64,000 nucleotides of DNA from Candidatus Latescibacterota bacterium. Its GTDB lineage: Bacteria > Latescibacterota > UBA2968. Made by a program: the position numbers and the translations under genes. Below are positions 59,637 to 64,000 of this stretch, piece by piece; positions within the stretch are counted from its first letter, which is position 1, and each line of letters opens with the position of its first letter. The notes beneath the pieces were generated by a model that ran no database searches, had not been told where the DNA came from, and was given only the letters and a program-made list of their open reading frames with translations. Where the stretch lies: positions 3,872,001-3,936,000 of the forward strand of contig OZ244960.1 in assembly GCA_965222605.1 (NCBI GenBank), written 5' to 3'.

Positions 59637-61316
59637 TTATAGGTTTTTTGTGAGCGTTGGGTCTGTCTGTGTCGCCTTTGGTGGTAACGTATGGTATTGG
59701 GGGTCTTGTATAGAGTGCCCGTGCTTTGCAGGCGTGCTGACGAGGTTACAAAGTGCATGTTTGGGTGAACAGGGTGCACCTATTGGGGAGTCTTCATTTG
59801 GCTGGGCGAGATAATTCTTGATCCTTACCAGATTGATCCATAAACTGCGGCACCATGCCCAGACTTGATGGGGCAAAAGCCGACGATAACGCGTTTTACC
59901 CCCTGTTGTGTGATAGCTCAACTGGAAGATGCTGGCCTCAACATTATGGCGTCGATTGCGGATGTGCACAGGCATGTCTTCAATCTGTTTTCGCCGGTGA
60001 TAGGCAAGGATGTCTTGTTGGGTAATATATCGCGGCTTCCCTGCGATGAAGAGTTTGTATTTGCCCGGTTTATATTCTTGTGCAAGCTGAATTTCTCCAC
60101 TTTCTCGATCAATGACTTCAACCCCTTCTTCTGTGCGTTCATACATCAAACGTCCCGGTCTGCCTTGTAACCCACTGTAATAGAATTGCTTGTCCTCTTT
60201 GTCGGCATACGCACTGTTGCAAGCCGCATGGTAAGCCCCATCCATCGACGACACGTCCGAGACCTGTCCGACCACCTCCTGTGTCCGTTCTATGGCCGGT
60301 TGGACAAAAGCGTTATCGGCAGCCGTTGCAGGTTTGACTTCTACATCCGTGATCAAATTGAGGCCCTCCCCATCACAGGTCTCAGTGAGATTGACACTAT
60401 ATCCCTTGACCTTCTGCACCCCTTTTCTGCGAAAGGTCGCATCTGGATCATGGACAGACTGTAAGGAGGAAGAAGAAATAGATTGTGATGGCTTGGGAAG
60501 CACTGATTTTTCACTGGCGGAGACACGGACGGTGTATTGGTCAGAAAAAACACGCACGATCAGACCATATTCATCGCTGTCTTTCTCCTGATAGGCCGAC
60601 AACAGTCTGCACACTAACAAACCGAGGGCTTCGAGCTTCTCCCCTTTTTCTGCACTGCTGAGTGGATACCCAACCTGATGCGGCTTCACCTTGAGCAAGG
60701 CGTCCAAAACCTCGCGGTCTGCTGCGCATAATCGTTCCTTTGCGCCCTTGTCTAACGAGCCCCAGAACCTTTGTAAGCACCCAACGACCAACTGCAAGCG
60801 ACAACAGGTGGCAATATTGGCGCCGATTAACTTGCTGTCCATTCGCACCTGATCACCCGTCACGCCAAAGACTCTCGCCTGTGTCTTGGTTAAACTAAAA
60901 AAAGTCTCCCCAATCAGATTGCGACCCGTTTGCAGGCCATAGGCATACACGGACTGCTTGAACAGATAATACGTCGAAGCCACAGGCACCTCATCCGACA
61001 GATTCATCAACCCTAAAGCACGCATCACCAGAATGTTGAACCCACAATGCTCAAAAAGTTGCGCATCGCTCCACCCAAAGCCCTCTTTCAAGATCATCAT
61101 CGACACCAAGCGGCGCACAGAAGCATTGGGACGGCCTTGCGCACGATCAAACAACACCGAAAAGACATCTTCATCTATCTTGCAGGTGATATGGGCGTAG
61201 AACACATTATGCCAAGCACTCGGATCATTCAACTGCGCCTGCTTGCTTCCTTTGAAATGGGACTCAAAACTCGAAAACAGATCCGGTTGGCTCGAGGGGG
61301 CACTTCTTCTAAACAT
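59637..61316 (-). CDS. DDE transposase
   Basis: DUF772-like GRPN...LKEGFGWSD, RMDSK, SLQSVHDPDATFR.K, DGAY, R.NVEAS. Confidence 0.9.
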   Translation of the reverse strand: MFRRSAPSSQPDLFSSFESHFKGSKQAQLNDPSAWHNVFYAHITCKIDEDVFSVLFDRAQGRPNASVRRLVSMMILKEGFGWSDAQLFEHCGFNILVMRALGLMNLSDEVPVASTYYLFKQSVYAYGLQTGRNLIGETFFSLTKTQARVFGVTGDQVRMDSKLIGANIATCCRLQLVVGCLQRFWGSLDKGAKERLCAADREVLDALLKVKPHQVGYPLSSAEKGEKLEALGLLVCRLLSAYQEKDSDEYGLIVRVFSDQYTVRVSASEKSVLPKPSQSISSSSLQSVHDPDATFRRKGVQKVKGYSVNLTETCDGEGLNLITDVEVKPATAADNAFVQPAIERTQEVVGQVSDVSSMDGAYHAACNSAYADKEDKQFYYSGLQGRPGRLMYERTEEGVEVIDRESGEIQLAQEYKPGKYKLFIAGKPRYITQQDILAYHRRKQIEDMPVHIRNRRHNVEASIFQLSYHTTGGKTRYRRLLPHQVWAWCRSLWINLVRIKNYLAQPNEDSPIGAPCSPKHALCNLVSTPAKHGHSIQDPQYHTLPPKATQTDPTLTKNL

Positions 61317-61668
61317 TGCGATACTCCCACAGGCTTACTTTATAGGTTATACATCCGTTACGAGGCCACAGCCTCACACACGTAATTTAACTCTTTTTAC
61401 ATAAAAATAAAATCGACTTTTCGGAGCGGACTCATAATTGAAATCCTTAAAAAAATACCGTTTTCCAGATAAAGATTTGCAAATATACAAAAAAAAGTAG
61501 CCAAGACAATGGGCGAACTCATTTTAGGTGTAAAGTTAGGGATATTAAGTCTCCAAAATACATAATCCTAATCCCCATAACCGTCTCGGTGTGTGACCGG
61601 AGGCCGAGGTGCGAGTTTTAGTACATCAGGAGTTGACAGATGCCTGACAGGGGCTATATTTCTTTCAT

Positions 61669-62001
61669 ATGCTAATTGCAAAAATTCCTGACGATGCCCT
61701 TGTAGTTCGTGGCGGTAAAAACCGACCCGAAGACATTCAACGTGGAAGCGGAACACATCCCAGTGGAATCACAGGCGTATCAGTAGAAAGTGGTGAAGGT
61801 GTATCCATCTCTGAATTGGCAAGGACGATTCCACATGGACAAGTTGGCGTGACAACCGTTGGTGAAATCCGAAAAGCTGGCGGTGATGTAGTGCGAACTT
61901 CTGGACGAAGCCCTTATCATGCGACATTGACTGGACTTACGTCTGGACAAATTAGTGAACTTTTTGCGCCAATAATTCCAAATCCTGCACGGGAGAAGTA
62001 A
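61669..62001 (+). CDS. Hypothetical protein resembling a polymorphic-toxin C-terminal domain
   Basis: VVRGG...GVSV...ELA..IPHGQVGVTTVG.IR.AGG.V...PYHATL; TTGACA-16 bp-TATATT promoter ends 8 nt before the ATG. Confidence 0.6.
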   Translation: MLIAKIPDDALVVRGGKNRPEDIQRGSGTHPSGITGVSVESGEGVSISELARTIPHGQVGVTTVGEIRKAGGDVVRTSGRSPYHATLTGLTSGQISELFAPIIPNPAREK

Positions 62002-62003
62002 AA

Positions 62004-62276
62004 ATGAACAAACCAAGAGTGTTCGCAGACTTTCACAACGCAGATGCAAAAGGCAGGTTGCGTTTGAACTGCGTTGGCACTGTGGAAGACCTCGCATGCC
62101 AGAAAATTTCTCTGACAGAAGGGCAATCGCTGATCCTTTACAGCGAAGATTTAGAAGTTGATGGTGTGGTTAGATTCTCCCAAAAAGAAAATCTGTGGGT
62201 TGCTGTGATTGATTGGGATGCCATTCGAGAGGTTGCCCCTGTAGTGTCTCAAACAGAACATCACAGCCCGGTTTGA
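62004..62276 (+). CDS. Hypothetical protein, candidate immunity protein/antitoxin
   Basis: VFADFHNAD..GRLRLNCVGT..DL...WVAVIDWDAI; starts 2 nt after the previous stop. Confidence 0.6.
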   Translation: MNKPRVFADFHNADAKGRLRLNCVGTVEDLACQKISLTEGQSLILYSEDLEVDGVVRFSQKENLWVAVIDWDAIREVAPVVSQTEHHSPV

Positions 62277-62312
62277 CAGCCAGCAAACCGTTCAATCGGA
62301 TCTTATTTTTTT

Positions 62313-62348
62313 AAGCCCAACGGCCTCTTCCAAACCGTTGGGCTTTTT
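62313..62348 (+). terminator. Intrinsic terminator
   Basis: AAGCCCAACGG-loop-CCGTTGGGCTT-TTT. Confidence 0.75.
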
Positions 62349-62483
62349 CTATTGGGGCCTCACTGATGGCTTCAGTAGATTTGTCTCCGAGCATGAGAAC
62401 AGAGAACCACAAGCAAAATCGGTCTTGATAAATTTCGATTCTCAATGTATTCTCATTGAGGATGCGACAAGGGCTGACTACTG

Positions 62484-62559
62484 CGGACGGCACAGGGACC
62501 GTCCCCTACGATGATATTGTTAATCCGGTGTTTGTAGGGGCGACCCCCTGTGGTCGCCC
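62484..62559. repeat. Divergent pair of GTAG REP elements at the right edge of the defence island
   Basis: Minus-strand GTAGGGGACGGTCCCTGTGCCGTCCG (62484-62509) and plus-strand GTAGGGGCGACCCCCTGTGGTCGCCC (62534-62559, identical to 46575). Confidence 0.8.
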
Positions 62560-62595
62560 GCTGACTACAAAAGGAGACACAAAAAAGGGACACAT

Positions 62596-63342
62596 ATGAA
62601 AAAAATTCTCATTACAGGCATGAGCGGGCTTATTGGCGGGGCTGTTCACAAGCAGCTTGAGGGCAAGTATGAACTTCGCGCGCTCAATCGCCGCGATGTG
62701 GCTGGCGTGGATTGTCGGCGTGCTGATATTTCGGATTTTGACGCGATTTATCCGGCGTTTGAGGGGATTGATACGGTTGTTCATCTGGCTGCTGCGATCA
62801 AAAGCGATTTTGAGGGATTTGTCGCGCACAATATCGTGGGCACTTATAATGTTTTTGAAGCAGCGCTCCGCGCCGGGGTCAAGCGCGTTATTTTTGCCAG
62901 TAGCGGATCGGTGACAGCGGGTTGGGAGAACGATTCGCCGTATGATGCGATTGTGGCGGGGCGATACGATGATGTGCCCGAGTCCTGGGATAAGTTTTCC
63001 CACAAGACGCCCACGCGCCCGCGCGGTATTTACGGTTGTACAAAGGTCTGGGGCGAGGCTGTGGCACAGCATTATGCCGATAGTACGGATCTGTCTGTTA
63101 TTTGTCTCCGTATTGGTGCGGTGAATGCGGAGGATCGCCCTAACGGTACGCGTGGTTATTCTGTGTGGTGCAGTCAAAATACGATTGCTGGCATGGTCGA
63201 GTCGTGTATTGAGGTATCCGACGATCTCAGATTTGATATTTTCTATGTTGTCTCGGATAACAAATACAGCTATCGGGATATGGCGCATGCGCGCGATGTG
63301 CTCGGTTTTGAACCCGAAGGCGATGCAGAGGATTATCGCTGA
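62596..63342 (+). CDS. NAD-dependent epimerase/dehydrogenase (uronate dehydrogenase-like)
   Basis: ILITGMSGLIG, VVHLAA, NIVGTYNVFEAA, YGCTKVWGE, CLRIG. Confidence 0.88.
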   Translation: MKKILITGMSGLIGGAVHKQLEGKYELRALNRRDVAGVDCRRADISDFDAIYPAFEGIDTVVHLAAAIKSDFEGFVAHNIVGTYNVFEAALRAGVKRVIFASSGSVTAGWENDSPYDAIVAGRYDDVPESWDKFSHKTPTRPRGIYGCTKVWGEAVAQHYADSTDLSVICLRIGAVNAEDRPNGTRGYSVWCSQNTIAGMVESCIEVSDDLRFDIFYVVSDNKYSYRDMAHARDVLGFEPEGDAEDYR

Positions 63343-64000
63343 TGTACACGACTATTTTTTTTGATGGGTATGGGACGCTTTTTGATAAGGCGTTTGACGC
63401 GCTGTATGAGACGTGTCAGATTATTGTCGATGATTTGCAGATCGATATGAGCAAGGAAGCGTTTCTCGATTATTGGGACCAATACTTTTTCCCGCTGCTG
63501 AGAGAAGGCGATTTTATCCCGTTTTGGGACGCGCATATCATCGGCCTGGAGAAGACGTTTACGGATCTGAATGTACGGGCGGATCCCAAATTTTATATGC
63601 TACACCTTTTTGACGCTTTTGGCCGCGCGCCCGTGTTTTGCGATGTCAAACCCGCTCTTGATGCACTTTCCGATGTGCAAACCGGGGTTATTTCCAATGC
63701 GGACCACGGGCATCTCACATTGGCTCTGAGTAATAACGATCTGAGTTTTCCGGTTGTGATCAGTTCAGAGTCTGCGCGGTGTTATAAACCCAATTCCGAT
63801 ATTTTCTTTTCCGCGTTTGAGGCTCTCGGTGCCGATCCCGATCAGACCCTGTATGTTGGCGATTCTCAGGAGGACGATATTGTGGGTGCAAGGCGGGCTG
63901 GCATTTCCGTTGCCTGGCTCAACCGGGATGGGGCTGTGCGGAGGGACGATATTCCAGAGCCAGACTATGAGATCAGTAGTTTATCGGAGTTGTGCAATAT
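63342..64000 (+). CDS. HAD-family hydrolase (runs off the window; absent from the ORF track)
   Basis: Manual translation MYTTIFFDGYGTLFD...ISNAD...YKP..DIF...YVGDSQEDDIVGA..AG. Confidence 0.88.
   Translation, partial: MYTTIFFDGYGTLFDKAFDALYETCQIIVDDLQIDMSKEAFLDYWDQYFFPLLREGDFIPFWDAHIIGLEKTFTDLNVRADPKFYMLHLFDAFGRAPVFCDVKPALDALSDVQTGVISNADHGHLTLALSNNDLSFPVVISSESARCYKPNSDIFFSAFEALGADPDQTLYVGDSQEDDIVGARRAGISVAWLNRDGAVRRDDIPEPDYEISSLSELCN

Larger units (their letters stand above)
59577..61433 (-). mobile_element. Insertion sequence (IS1182/IS5-like DDE), 1857 bp
   Basis: Terminal IRs GAGTCC(C/G)CTCCGAAAAG; 6-bp direct repeat ATAATT at 59571-59576 and 61434-61439. Confidence 0.9.

Noticed and set aside
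61560-61640. Integron attC site before the two-gene cassette
   Set aside because: No convincing paired R and L boxes, and no second attC-like site

Overview
Bacterial chromosomal window, probably from a Latescibacterota/Gemmatimonadota-like lineage. That placement is inference only, from dockerin-like paired EF-hand C-terminal tags, PhyH/TauD dioxygenases, many TA modules and REPs. The core content is lgt-cysS-hemB-sufE, folE2, yidD, hinT, rpmG-rpmB (rpmG is missing from the ORF track), a cobalamin-riboswitch-controlled B12 uptake operon, ZTP-riboswitch-controlled short purH, thyA, folA, rimO, psd and an RluA-family gene. Accessory blocks are: (1) the end of a decaying restriction/nuclease island at 1-3.5 kb; (2) TA modules plus a metal-uptake locus with a DUF2946-like HCxxC/RSPP leader ORF, His-rich lipoprotein, ZnuD-like TonB receptor, HemQ-like protein and an internally deleted CDF; (3) a Cys-rich MerR gene coupled to a sigma-70 gene behind twin palindromic operators; (4) a three-gene insertion splitting folA from thyA; (5) a REP-flanked defence island of about 15.6 kb with a Dsr1-like sirtuin, PLD-SNF2 helicase, adenine MTase, divergent DprA/SLOG, a HipA-like kinase pair, a complete IS with IRs and TSD, and an orphan toxin/immunity-like pair. 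All family assignments come from motif recognition by eye; no database searches were run.
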